DNA from: Squalus acanthias
Taxonomy: Eukaryota
Length of the DNA: 20,000 nucleotides
NCBI GenBank assembly: GCA_030390025.1
Contig: JASTWF010000346.1
Span: forward strand, 495,228 to 515,227
Direction of reading: 5' to 3'
Shown here: piece by piece, positions 1 through 12,099 of the stretch
Layout: each line of letters begins with the position of its first letter
Numbering within the stretch: position 1 is the stretch's first letter
Notes under the pieces: model-generated
Databases searched by the model: none
The model's input: only the letters and a program-made list of their open reading frames with translations
What the model was told of the DNA's origin: nothing
Made by a program: the position numbers and the translations under genes

Positions 1-600
1 GTTCACCAGATATAGAATCGATTTGAACTCGGGAATTGGAGGTGTCGAAATTTGCAGATGATACCAAACTGGGGTGGGTGGGGTAGAGCTAATAATGTGG
101 AGGACTGCACAAAAACACAAGAAGACATTAACAGGCTTGCAGAGTGGGCGGATAAATGGCAAATGGAATTCAGTATAGCGAAGTGTGAGGTGGTTCATTT
201 TGGTAGGAGGAATAAGGAGGCCACATATTTCTTGGAAGGTAAGAAATAAGGTAGAGGAGCAAAGCAATCTGGGAATACAGGCACATAAATCACTAAAAGT
301 AGCAACGCAAGTTGATAAGGCGATAAAGAGCGGAAACAAAGTGCTAGAGTTCATTTCTAGAGGCATAGAATACAAAAGCAGGGAGGTTATGTTAAATGTA
401 TATCGAACCTTGGTTAGACCACACTTGGAGTACTGTGCGCGGTTCTGGTCTCCAAACTACAAAAAGGATATTGAAGACTTACAAGGAGGTTCCCAGAATT
501 GAGAGGAGACAACTATCAGGAAAGACTGAGCAGGCTGGGGGCTCGTTTCTCTGGAAATTGCTTCCACTTGTGGGTGAGTCCAGAACAAGGGGATGTAAGA
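1..600 (+). mobile_element. CR1 LINE fragment (degenerate C-terminal part of ORF2 reverse transcriptase)
   Basis: Translations contain KFADDTKLG, LAEWADKWQMEFSIAKCEVVHFGRRN, ISRGIEYKSREVMLNVYRTLVRPHLEYCARFWSPNYKKDI and LLPLVGESRTRG, all typical of CR1 ORF2. Frameshifts, stops and internal deletions are present. Confidence 0.9.
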
Positions 601-811
601 CTAACTGATTGAACCATCAGCTAATTCTTCCGAATGTCCAATAGCCTCTTCTGAAAACATCCTGCCGTTAGATTGCTGTGATAAACCAGGGGTCTAGCAG
701 GTGCTATCCACTGCACCGTCTGCAGTAGATGTATCTTGTTGGTTAGCGATTAATCTTCAGAAATCTGCCAGGGTAGGTGAGTTCACCTGGATCAGTATTC
801 ACTTGGACAGT

Positions 812-1871
812 TTACATAGGATTACATAGGATATACAGCACAGAAACAGGCCATTCGGCCCAACCAGTCCATGCCAGCGTTTATGCTCCACTCGAGCCTC
901 CTCCCGTCTTTCCTCATCTAAATCTATCAGCATAACCCTCTACTCCCTTCTCCCTCATATGCTTGTCTAGCCTCCCCTTAAATCCATACTATTTGCTTCA
1001 ACCACTCCCTGTGTTGCGAGTTCCACATTCTCACCACTCTCTGGGTAAAGCGGTTTTTCCTGAATTCACTACTGGATTTCTTAGTGACTATCGTATATTA
1101 ATGGCCTCTAGTTTTTCTCTTCCCCACAAGTGGAATCATTCTCTCTCTATCTACTCTATCAAAACCTTTCATCATTTTAAAGACCTCTATTAGGTCATCC
1201 CTCAGCCTTCTTTTTTCAAGAGAAAAGAGACCCAGCCTGTTCATCCTTTCCTGATATGTATACCCTCGCATTTTGTTATCATCCTTGTAAATCTTCTCTG
1301 AACCCTCTCCAGTGCCTCCATATCCTTTCTATAATATGGCGACCAGAACTGCACGCTGTACTCTAAGTGTGGCCTAACCAAGGTTCGATACAAGTTGAGC
1401 ATAACTTCTCTACTTTTCAATTCGATCCCTCTAGAAATAAACCCTAGTGCTTGGTTTGCTTTTTTATGGCCTTGCTAAACTGTGTCACAACCTTTAGTGA
1501 TTTGTGTATTTGTACTCCGAGATTCCTTTGTTCCTCTACCCCACCCAGACTCACACCCTCCAAGTAAAAAGTGACCTCCCTATTCTTCCTAACAAAATGT
1601 AATACCTCACGTTAAATTTATTGCCAATTATATCCCCATTCTGCAAGTTTATCAATGTCCTCCTGTAATTTGTTGCAGTCCTCCTCAATATTGACTATTT
1701 TCCCACCCAATTTGGTGTCATCCACAAATTTAGAAATTGTGTTTTTGATTCCTAAGTCTAAATCGTTAATGTAAGTTGTGAACAGCAGTGGTCCCAGCAC
1801 TGATCCTTGTGGAACACCACTACCCACCTTCTGCCACTGTGAATAGCTACCCTTTACCCCATCTCTCTGCA
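812..1871 (-). mobile_element. 5'-truncated CR1 LINE (RT region through 3' UTR and short tandem tail)
   Basis: Minus ORF 1618-1872 has SGVPQGSVLGPLLFTTYINDLD...ISKFVDDTKLGG. The 3' end reads ttacatagga ttacatagga tatacagcacagaaacaggccattcggccc on the + strand, the CR1 3' UTR with a 10-mer tail repeat. Confidence 0.92.
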
Positions 1872-2458
1872 CTTTTGAAGATCCAATGCCCAGTGCATTA
1901 AGAATTTATTTTTCACTTGCAAGCAAAAGAATGTATTGCTATACCCTTTGCCAAGTATATTGAGGTGAATGGTTGCCAAAAGATTTCAGTTCCTCTTCAG
2001 ATTCTTCAACAAAATCACCATCGGCACCCTGGCACCCAACTTCCAAAGAGGGGATTTTCCCTTCAGATCTTGTTCTAGAGACCTCCTTTCCCCTACTGGG
2101 ACCCCACTGGTAAAGCCAGTCACAATGAGCCAGCCCACAGAAGTCCTCATCCTCAGACGAGGACAGATGAAGTCAGGATTAAACCCAAACGGAAATCTTT
2201 GAGAGGGAGAGATGATTTTTCGATGGAGGGACTGATTGGCAAAGTGTATCTATATTTCAAAATGTCTCGTTAGACAGTAGGACAACTGTGGGCCGCCCAG
2301 CCACCGTATCGGACTCTTATTTCTGTTTCCACTTTGTGCGTGGAACATTATTCCGAGGGAGCTTCCAACTTGGAGATGCTGGCTGGCGAAATAGCACAAT
2401 TCACTCTCTTTGATTCAGAAGAAGTGGGTCTCTCAGGGTTGGCTGAGTGCGAATTTAC

Positions 2459-2499
2459 CTTAGTTTCCCAACAAGTGCAGTCGAGTATTCGCTCAAGAG
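2459..2499 (-). CDS. Candidate 41-bp internal exon of an unidentified host gene
   Basis: Minus strand reads tttagttttatgttgttttaaacAG|CTCTTGAGCGAATACTCGACTGCACTTGTTGGGAAACTAAG|GTaaat, with a T-rich acceptor and an AG|GT donor in non-repeat sequence. Two frames are open (LLSEYSTALVGKL; xLERILDCTCWETK). No homolog recognised. Confidence 0.4.
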
Positions 2500-2963
2500 C
2501 TGTTTAAAACAACATAAAACTAAATACAATGCAAGTCTGATGTGAGAAGAAAGCGCCTTTGAGTCAAAGAAATTCAGGAAGTTTATTTTTTTTAAACCTT
2601 GAACTTTTGTGTAATATTAAGATATTTCATTTTATATACTACAATCCAACATTTGTTGGATAAAGTTAAGGAAATGTACTGAGGTGAAATGCTTTGGAAA
2701 CCCAAACTCTCCACTCAGAGAGCTCACACTTGTAGTCTCCACTTACACTCATTTCCTGTTCTTAAATGAATGGGACCTTCTGCACAGGAGAAGGAAGTTA
2801 AACTGAGGTGAGGCGTAGAGCTGGGCTTATTTATCCGAGCGATGCAAATTCCACAGCGACACTGGTACAATCCCGACAGCATGCTGTCCGGAGGATGTTG
2901 GGATGGGCTTCAAGGACGTGGCATTAGGAACAAAAGAAAATAAAGATATCAGGCGTTTGTTAA

Positions 2964-3466
2964 TTATGTAGAATTACGTGGAATATACAGCACAGAAACA
3001 GGACATTCAGCACAACCAGTCCATGGTGTTTATGTTCCACTCGATCCTCCTCCCATCCTTCCTCATCAAACTCTTATCAGCATAACCCTCTATTCCCTTC
3101 TCCCTCATCTGCTTATCTAACCGCCCCTTAAATGCATCTGTACTATTCACTTCAACCACTCCCTGTGGTAGCGAGTTCCACATTCTCACCACCCTCTGGG
3201 TAAAGAGGTTCTTTCTGAATTCACTATTGGATTTCTTGGTGACTATCTTATATTGATGGCCTCTAGTTCTGGACTTCCCCACAAGTGGAAACACTCTCTC
3301 TGTATCTACTCTATCAAAACCTTCATAATTTTAAAGACCTTCTATTAGGTCACCCCTCAGCCTTCTCTTTTCAAGAGAAAAGAGACCCAGCCTGTTCATA
3401 ATTTTCTGATAGGTATACCCTCACATTTCTGCTATCATCCTTTTAAATCTTTTTTGCACCCTCTCT
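2964..3466 (-). mobile_element. CR1 LINE 3' fragment, same subfamily as 812-1871
   Basis: Colinear with 812 to about 1310. Minus ORF has FPLVGKSRTRGHQYKI...FTQRVVRMWNSLPQGVVE...FKGRLD. Same 3' end. The truncated 5' end abuts the satellite. Confidence 0.92.
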
Positions 3467-6400
3467 GGATCGGGGGGCAGTCGGACATCACGGTGGGGGT
3501 AGGGGGAGTGGGAGATCGGGGGGGGGGGGAGTGGGAGATCGGGTGGGGGGGAGAGTGGGAGATCGGGTGGGGGGAGAGTGGGAGATCGGGGGGGGGAGTG
3601 GGAGATCGGGGGGGAGTGGGAGATCGGGGGGGAGAGTGGGAGATCGGGGGCAGTGGGAGATCGGGGGGAGTGGGAGATCGGGGGGGCAGTGGGAGATCAG
3701 GAGGTGAGTGGGAGATCGGGGGGAGTGGGAGATCGGGGGCAGTGGGAGATCGGGGGGCAGTGGGAGATCGGGGGCAGTGGGAGATCGGGGGGAGAGTGGG
3801 AAATCGGGGGCAGTGGGAGATCGGGGGCAGTGGGAGATCGGGGGCAGTGGGAGATTGGGGGCAGTGGGAGATCGGGGGGAGAGTGGGAGATCGGGGGCAG
3901 TGGGAGATCGGGGGCAGTGGGAGATCGGGGGGAGAGTGGGAGATCGGGGGCAGTGGGAGATCGGGGGGAGAGTGGGAGATCGGGGGCAGTGGGAGATCGG
4001 GGGGAGTGGGAGATCGGGGGCAGTGGGAGATCGGGGGGAGAGTGGGAGATCGGCGGGCGGCAGTGGGAGATCGGGGGCAGTGGGAGATCGGGGGGGTGTG
4101 GGAGATCGGGGGGAGTGGGAGATCGGGGGCGGGAGGTGTGGAAGATCGGGGGCAGTGGGAGATCGGGGGGAGAGTGGGAGATCGGGGGCAGTGGGAGATC
4201 AGCGGGGGCAGTGGGAGATCGGGGGCAGTGGGAGATCAGCGGGCGGTAGTGGGAGATCGGGGGCAGTGGGAGATCGGGGGCAGTGGGAGATCGGGGGTAG
4301 TGGGAGATCGGGGGCAGTGGGAGATCGGGGGGAGTGGGAGATCGGGGGCAGTGGGAGATCGGGGGGGTGTGGGAGATCGGGGGGAGTGGGAGATCGGGGG
4401 CGGGAGGTGTGGGAGATCGGGGGCAGTGGGAGATCGGGGGAGAGTGGGAGATCGGGGGCAGTGGGAGATCGGGGGGAGAGTGGGAGATCGGGGGCAGTGG
4501 GAGATCGGGGGGGGGTGGGAGATTGGGGCAGTGGGAGATCGGGGGGGTGTGGGAGATTGGGGGCAGTGGGAGATCGGGGGGGTGTGGGAGATCGGGGGCA
4601 GTGGGAGATCGGGGGGGTGTGGGAGATCGGGGGGAGTGGGAGATCGGGGGCGGGAGGTGTGGAAGATCGGGGGCAGTGGGAGATCGGGGGGGTGTGGGAG
4701 ATCGGGGGCAGTGGGAGATCGGGGGGGAGTGGGAGATCGGGGGCAGTGGGAGATCGGGGGGAGAGTGGGAGATCGGGGGCAGTGGGAGATCGGGGGCAGT
4801 GGGAGATCGGGGGGGAGTGGGAGATCGGGGGCAGTGGGAGATCGGGGGCAGTGGGAGATCGGGGGGAGTGGGAGATCGGGGGAGAGTGGGAGATCGGGGG
4901 GAGTGGGAGATCGGGGGGGGGGGGAGATCGGGGGCAGTGGGAGATCGGGGGCAGTGGGAGATCGGGGGCAGTGGGAGATCGGGGGGAGTGGGAGATCGGG
5001 GGGGGGTGGGAGATCGGGGGCAGTGGGAGATCGGGGGGAGTGGGAGATCGGGGGAGAGTGGGAGATCGGGGGGAGTGGGAGATCGGGGGGGGGGGGAGAT
5101 CGGGGGCAGTGGGAGATCGGGGGCAGTGGGAGATCGGGGGCAGTGGGAGATCGGGGGGAGTGGGAGATCGGGGGCAGTGGGAGATCGGGGGCAGTGGGAG
5201 ATCGGGGGGGCAGTGGGAGATCGGGGGAGGAGTGGGAGATCGGGGGCAGTGGGAGATCGGGGGGAGAGTGGGAGATCGGGGGCAGTGGGAGATCGGGGGG
5301 GGGTGGGAGATTGGGGGCAGTGGGAGATCGGGGGGGTGTGGGAGATTGGGGGCAGTGGGAGATCGGGGGGGTGTGGGAGATCGGGGGCAGTGGGAGATCG
5401 GGGGGGTGTGGGAGATCGGGGGGAGTGGGAGATCGGGGGCGGGAGGTGTGGAAGATCGGGGGCAGTGGGAGATCGGGGGGGTGTGGGAGATCGGGGGCAG
5501 TGGGAGATCGGGGGGGGGTGGGAGATCGGGGGCAGTGGGAGATCGGGGGGAGTGGGAGATCGGGGGAGAGTGGGAGATCGGGGGGAGTGGGAGATCGGGG
5601 GGGGGGAGATCGGGGGCAGTGGGAGATCGGGGGGCAGTGGGAGATCGGGGGCAGTGGGAGATCGGGGGGAGTGGGAGATCGGGGGCAGTGGGAGATCGGG
5701 GGCAGTGGGAGATCGGGGGGGCAGTGGGAGATCGGGGGGGGAGTGGGAGATCGGGGGCAATGGGAGATCGGGGGCAGTGGGAGATCGGGGGGGTGTGGGA
5801 GATCGGGGGCAGTGGGAGATCGGGGGGGTGTGGGAGATCGGGGGCAGTGGGGGATCGGGGGGGTGAGTTGGAGATCGGGAGGTGAGTGGGAGATCGGGGG
5901 CAGTGGGAGATCGGGGGCAGTGGGAGATCGGGGGGGTGTGGGAGATCGGGGGGTGAGTTGGAGATCGGGGGAGAGTGGGAGATCGGGGGCAGTGGGAGAT
6001 CGGCAGGGGGCAGTGGGAGATCGGGGGCAGTGGGAGATCGGGGGCAGTGGGAGATCGGGGGCAGTGGGAGATCGGGGGCAGTGGGAGATCGGGGGCAGTG
6101 GGAGATCGGGGGGGTGTGGGAGATCGGGGGGTGAGTTGGAGATCGGGGGGGTGTGGGAGATCGGGGGGGTGAGTTGGAGATCGGGGGAGAGTGGGAGATC
6201 GGGGGCAGTGGGAGATCGGCAGGGGGCAGTGGGAGATCGGGGGCAGTGGGAGATCGGGGGCAGTGGGAGATCGGGGGCAGTGGGAGATCGGGGGCAGTGG
6301 GAGATCGGGGGCAGTGGGAGATCGGGGGGGTGTGGGAGATCGGGGGCAGTGGGAGATCGGGGGGGTGTGGGAGATCGGGGGAGAGTGGGTGATCGGGGGC

Positions 6401-9400
6401 AGTGGGAGATCGGGGGGGGTGAGTTGGAGATCGGGGGCAGTGGGAGATCGGGGGCTGAGTTGGAGATCGGGAGGTGAGTGGGAGATCGGGGGGGGTGAGT
6501 TGGAGATCGGGGGCAGTGGGAGATCGGGGGGGTGTGGGAGATCGGCGGGGAGCAGTGGGTGATCGGGGGCAGTGGGAGATCGGGGGGGTGTGGGAGATCA
6601 GGGGCGGGGGAGAGTGGGAGATCGGGGGGGAGCAGTGGGAGATCGGGGGCGGGGGAGAGTGGGAGATCGGGGGGGGAGCAGTGGCAGATCGGGTGGAGTG
6701 GGAGATCGGGGGCGGGGGGCAGTGGGAGAGCAGGAGGTGAGTGGGAGATCGGGGGCAGTGGGAGATCGGGGGGGGGCAGTGGGAGATCGGGGGCAGTGGG
6801 AGATCGGGGGCGGGGGAGAGTGGGAGATTGGGGGGGGAGCAGTGGCAGATCGGGTGGAGTGGGAGATCGGGGGGGTGTGGGAGATCGGGGGGAGTGGGAG
6901 ATCGGGGGCGGGAGGTGTGGAAGATCGGGGGCAGTGGGAGATCGGGGGGGTGTGGGAGATCGGGGGCAGTGGGAGATCGGGGGGGGGTGGGAGATCGGGG
7001 GCAGTGGGAGATCGGGGGGAGTGGGAGATCGGGGGAGAGTGGGAGATCGGGGGGAGTGGGAGATCGGGGGGGGGGGGAGATCGGGGGCAGTGGGAGATCG
7101 GGGGCAGTGGGAGATCGGGGGCAGTGGGAGATCGGGGGGAGTGGGAGATCGGGGGCAGTGGGAGATCGGGGGCAGTGGGAGATCGGGGGGGGAGTGGGAG
7201 ATCGGGGGCAGTGGGAGATCGGGGGGAGAGTGGGAGATCGGGGGCAGTGGGAGATCGGGGGGGGGTGGGAGATTGGGGGCAGTGGGAGATCGGGGGGGTG
7301 TGGGAGATCGGAGGCAGTGGGAGATCGGGGGCAGTGGGAGATCGGGGGGAGAGTGGGAGATCGGGGGCAGTGGGAGATCGGGGGGAGTGGGAGATCGGGG
7401 GCAGTGGGAGATCGGGGGGAGAGTGGGAGATCGGCGGGCGGCAGTGGGAGATCGGGGGCAGTGGGAGATCGGGGGGGTGTGGGAGATCGGGGGGAGTGGG
7501 AGATCGGGGGCGGGAGGTGTGGAAGATCGGGGGCAGTGGGAGATCGGGGGGGGTGTGGGAGATCGGGGGCAGTGGGAGATCGGGGGGGGTGGGAGATCGG
7601 GGGCAGTGGGAGATCGGGGGGAGTGGGAGATCGGGGGAGAGTGGGAGATCGGGGGGAGTGGGAGATCGGGGGGGGGGAGATCGGGGGCAGTGGGAGATCG
7701 GGGGCAGTGGGAGATCGGGGGCAGTGGGAGATCGGGGGGAGTGGGAGATCGGGGGCAGTGGGAGATCGGGGGCAGTGGGAGATCGGGGGGGCAGTGGGAG
7801 ATCGGGGGGGGAGTGGGAGATCGGGGGCAATGGGAGATCGGGGGCAGTGGGAGATCGGGGGGGTGTGGGAGATCGGGGGCAGTGGGAGATCGGGGGGGTG
7901 TGGGAGATCGGGGGCAGTGGGGGATCGGGGGGGTGAGTTGGAGATCGGGAGGTGAGTGGGAGATCGGGGGCAGTGGGAGATCGGGGGCAGTGGGAGATCG
8001 GGGGGGTGTGGGAGATCGGGGGGTGAGTTGGAGATCGGGGGAGAGTGGGAGATCGGGGGCAGTGGGAGATCGGCAGGGGGCAGTGGGAGATCGGGGGCAG
8101 TGGGAGATCGGGGGCAGTGGGAGATCGGGGGCAGTGGGAGATCGGGGGCAGTGGGAGATCGGGGGCAGTGGGAGATCGGGGGGGTGTGGGAGATCGGGGG
8201 GTGAGTTGGAGATCGGGGGGGTGTGGGAGATCGGGGGGGTGAGTTGGAGATCGGGGGAGAGTGGGAGATCGGGGGCAGTGGGAGATCGGCAGGGGGCAGT
8301 GGGAGATCGGGGGCAGTGGGAGATCGGGGGCAGTGGGAGATCGGGGGCAGTGGGAGATCGGGGGCAGTGGGAGATCGGGGGCAGTGGGAGATCGGGGGGG
8401 TGTGGGAGATCGGGGGAGAGTGGGTGATCGGGGGCAGTGGGAGATCGGGGGGGGTGAGTTGGAGATCGGGGGCAGTGGGAGATCGGGGGGCTGAGTTGGA
8501 GATCGGGAGGTGAGTGGGAGATCGGGGGGGGTGAGTTGGAGATCGGGGGCAGTGGGAGATCGGGGGGGTGTGGGAGATCGGCGGGGAGCAGTGGGTGATC
8601 GGGGGCAGTGGGAGATCGGGGGGGTGTGGGAGATCAGGGGCGGGGGAGAGTGGGAGATCGGGGGGGAGCAGTGGGAGATCGGGGGCGGGGGAGAGTGGGA
8701 GATCGGGGGGGGAGCAGTGGCAGATCGGGTGGAGTGGGAGATCGGGGGCGGGGGGCAGTGGGAGAGCAGGAGGTGAGTGGGAGATCGGGGGCAGTGGGAG
8801 ATCGGGGGGGGGGCAGTGGGAGATCGGGGGCAGTGGGAGATCGGGGGCGGGGGAGAGTGGGAGATTGGGGGGGGAGCAGTGGCAGATCGGGTGGAGTGGG
8901 AGATCGGGGGGGTGTGGGAGATCGGGGGGAGTGGGAGATCGGGGGCGGGAGGTGTGGAAGATCGGGGGCAGTGGGAGATCGGGGGGGTGTGGGAGATCAG
9001 GGGCAGTGGGAGATCGGGGGGGGGTGGGAGATCGGGGGCAGTGGGAGATCGGGGGGAGTGGGAGATCGGGGGAGAGTGGGAGATCGGGGGGAGTGGGAGA
9101 TCGGGGGGGGGGGGGGGGAGATCGGGGGCAGTGGGAGATCGGGGGCAGTGGGAGATCGGGGGCAGTGGGAGATCGGGGGGAGTGGGAGATCGGGGGCAGT
9201 GGGAGATCGGGGGCAGTGGGAGATCGGGGGGGCAGTGGGAGATCGGGGGGGGAGTGGGAGATCGGGGGCAGTGGGAGATCGGGGGGAGAGTGGGAGATCG
9301 GGGGCAGTGGGAGATCGGGGGGGGGGTGGGAGATTGGGGGCAGTGGGAGATCGGGGGGGTGTGGGAGATTGGGGGCAGTGGGAGATCGGGGGGGTGTGGG

Positions 9401-12099
9401 AGATCGGGGGCAGTGGGAGATCGGGGGGGTGTGGGAGATCGGGGGGAGTGGGAGATCGGGGGCGGGAGGTGTGGAAGATCGGGGGCAGTGGGAGATCGGG
9501 GGGGTGTGGGAGATCGGGGGCAGTGGGAGATCGGGGGGGAGTGGGAGATCGGGGGCAGTGGGAGATCGGGGGGAGAGTGGGAGATCGGGGGCAGTGGGAG
9601 ATCGGGGGTGGGGTGGGAGATCGGGGGCAGTGGGAGATCGGGGGGGTGTGGGAGATTGGGGGCAGTGGGAGATCGGGGGGGTGTGGGAGATCGGGGGCAG
9701 TGGGAGATCGGGGGGGTGTGGGAGATCGGGGGGAGTGGGAGATCGGGGGCGGGAGGTGTGGAAGATCGGGGGCAGTGGGAGATCGGGGGGGTGTGGGAGA
9801 TTGGGGGCAGTGGGAGATCGGGGGGGTGTGGGAGATCGGGGGCAGTGGGAGATCGGGGGGGGTGTGGGAGATCGGGGGGAGTGGGAGATCGGGGGCGGGA
9901 GGTGTGGAAGATCGGGGGCAGTGGGAGATCGGGGGGGTGTGGGAGATCGGGGGCAGTGGGAGATCGGGGGGGGTGGGAGATCGGGGGCAGTGGGAGATCG
10001 GGGGGAGTGGGAGATCGGGGGAGAGTGGGAGATCGGGGGGAGTGGGAGATCGGGGGGGGGGGGGAGATCGGGGGCAGTGGGAGATCGGGGGCAGTGGGAG
10101 ATCGGGGGCAGTGGGAGATCGGGGGGAGTGGGAGATCGGGGGCAGTGGGAGATCGGGGGCAGTGGGAGATCGGGGGGGCAGTGGGAGATCGGGGGCGGAG
10201 TGGGAGATCGGGGGCAATGGGAGATCGGGGGCAGTGGGAGATCGGGGGGGTGTGGGAGATCGCGGGCAGTGGGAGATCGGGGGGGTGTGGGAGATCGGGG
10301 GCAGTGGGGGATCGGGGGGGTGAGTTGGAGATCGGGAGGTGAGTGGGAGATCGGGGGCAGTGGGAGATCGGGGGCAGTGGGAGATCGGGGGGGTGTGGGA
10401 GATCGGGGGGTGAGTTGGAGATCGGGGGAGAGTGGGAGATCGGGGGCAGTGGGAGATCGGCAGGGGGCAGTGGGAGATCGGGGGCAGTGGGAGATCGGGG
10501 GCAGTGGGAGATCGGGGGCAGTGGGAGATCGGGGGCAGTGGGAGATCGGGGGCAGTGGGAGATCGGGGGGGTGTGGGAGATCGGGGGGTGAGTTGGAGAT
10601 CGGGGGGTTGTGGGAGATCGGGGGGGTGAGTTGGAGATCGGGGGAGAGTGGGAGATCGGGGGCAGTGGGAGATCGGCAGGGGGCAGTGGGAGATCGGGGG
10701 CAGTGGGAGATCGGGGGCAGTGGGAGATCGGGGGCAGTGGGAGATCGGGGGCAGTGGGAGATCGGGGGCAGTGGGAGATCGGGGGGGTGTGGGAGATCGG
10801 GGGCAGTGGGAGATCGGGGGGGTGTGGGAGATCGGGGGAGAGTGGGTGATCGGGGGCAGTGGGAGATCGGGGGGGGTGAGTTGGAGATCGGGGGCAGTGG
10901 GAGATCGGGGGGCTGAGTTGGAGATCGGGAGGTGAGTGGGAGATCGGGGGGTTGAGTTGGAGATCGGGGGCAGTGGGAGATCGGGGGGGTGTGGGAGATC
11001 GGCGGGGAGCAGTGGGTGATCGGGGGCAGTGGGAGATCGGGGGGGTGTGGGAGATCAGGGGCGGGGGGAGAGTGGGAGATCGGGGGGGAGCAGTGGGAGA
11101 TCGGGGGCGGGGGAGAGTGGGAGATCGGGGGGGGAGCAGTGGCAGATCGGGTGGAGTGGGAGATCGGGGGCGGGGGGGCAGTGGGAGAGCAGGAGGTGAG
11201 TGGGAGATCGGGGGCAGTGGGAGATCGGGGGGGGGCAGTGGGAGATCGGGGGCAGTGGGAGATCGGGGGCGGGGGAGAGTGGGAGATTGGGGGGGGAGCA
11301 GTGGCAGATCGGGTGGAGTGGGAGATCGGGAGGTGAGTGGGAGATCGGCGGGGGGCAGTGGGAGATCGGGGGCAGTGGGAGATCGGGGGGGTGGGAGATC
11401 GGGGGCGGGGGAGAGTGGAGATCGGGGGGGGAGCAGTGGGAGATCGGGGGCGGGGGAGAGTGGGAGATCGGGGGGGGGAGCAGTGGCAGATCGGGTGGAG
11501 TGGGAGATCGGGGGCGGGGGGGCAATGGGAGAGCAGGAGGTGAGTGGGAGATCGGGGGCAGTGGGAGATCGGGGGGGGGCAGTGGGAGATCGGGGGCGGG
11601 GGGCAGTGGGAGAGCAGGAGGTGAGTGGGAGATCGGGGGCAGTGGGAGATCGGCGGGGGGGGCAGTGGGAGATCGGGGGCGGGGGGCAGTGGGAGAGCAG
11701 GAGGTGAGTGGGAGATCGGGGGCAGTGGGAGATCGGCGGGGGGGGGCAGTGGGAGATCGGGGGCGGGGGGCAATGGGAGAGCAGGAGGTGAGTGGGAGAT
11801 CGGGGGCAGTGGGAGATCGGGGTGGGGCAGTGGGAGATCGGGGGCGGGGGGCAGTGGGAGAGCAGGAGGTGAGTGGGAGATCGGGGGCAGTGGGAGATCG
11901 GCGGGGGGGGGCAGTGGGAGATCGGGGGCGGGGGTCAGTGGGAGAGCAGGAGGTGAGTGGGAGATCGGGGGCAGTGGGAGATCGGGGGGGGGGCAGTGGG
12001 AGATCGGGGGCGGGGGGCAGTGGGAGAGCAGGAGGTGAGTGGGAGATCGGGGGCAGTGGGAGATCGGCGGGGGGGCAGTGGGAGATCGGGGAGGAGATC
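3467..12099. repeat. G-rich tandem satellite/minisatellite array, ~8.6 kb, monomer ~17-20 bp (e.g. GGGGGCAGTGGGAGATC)
   Basis: Hundreds of copies of GTGGGAGATC followed by a variable G-run and a CA, GA or GT linker. Variant monomers (GGAGGTGTGGAAGATC, GTGAGTTGGAGATC, GGGAGAGCAGGAGGTGA) recur in ordered blocks. Confidence 0.98.

Noticed and set aside
606..650. Possible further minus-strand exon after ttttcAG at 651
   Set aside because: Weak polypyrimidine tract with an upstream AG, a weak donor, and a phase that does not clearly continue from exon 2459-2499.
2644..2888. Short palindromes ATCCAACA-tt-TGTTGGAT (2644-2661) and GACAGCATGCTGTC (2875-2888)
   Set aside because: Arms of 7-8 bp are expected about once by chance in this much sequence, and there is no supporting context.
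4199..11773. 2524-aa Pro-rich minus ORF and the many Gly-rich plus ORFs
   Set aside because: These are translations of the satellite. The monomer lacks stop codons in most frames, several frames on both strands are open at once, and monomer lengths are not multiples of three.
3467..12099. CRISPR-like array (constant core plus variable linker)
   Set aside because: Linkers are short G-runs from a few recurring variants, not unique spacers. There are no cas genes and the context is vertebrate.
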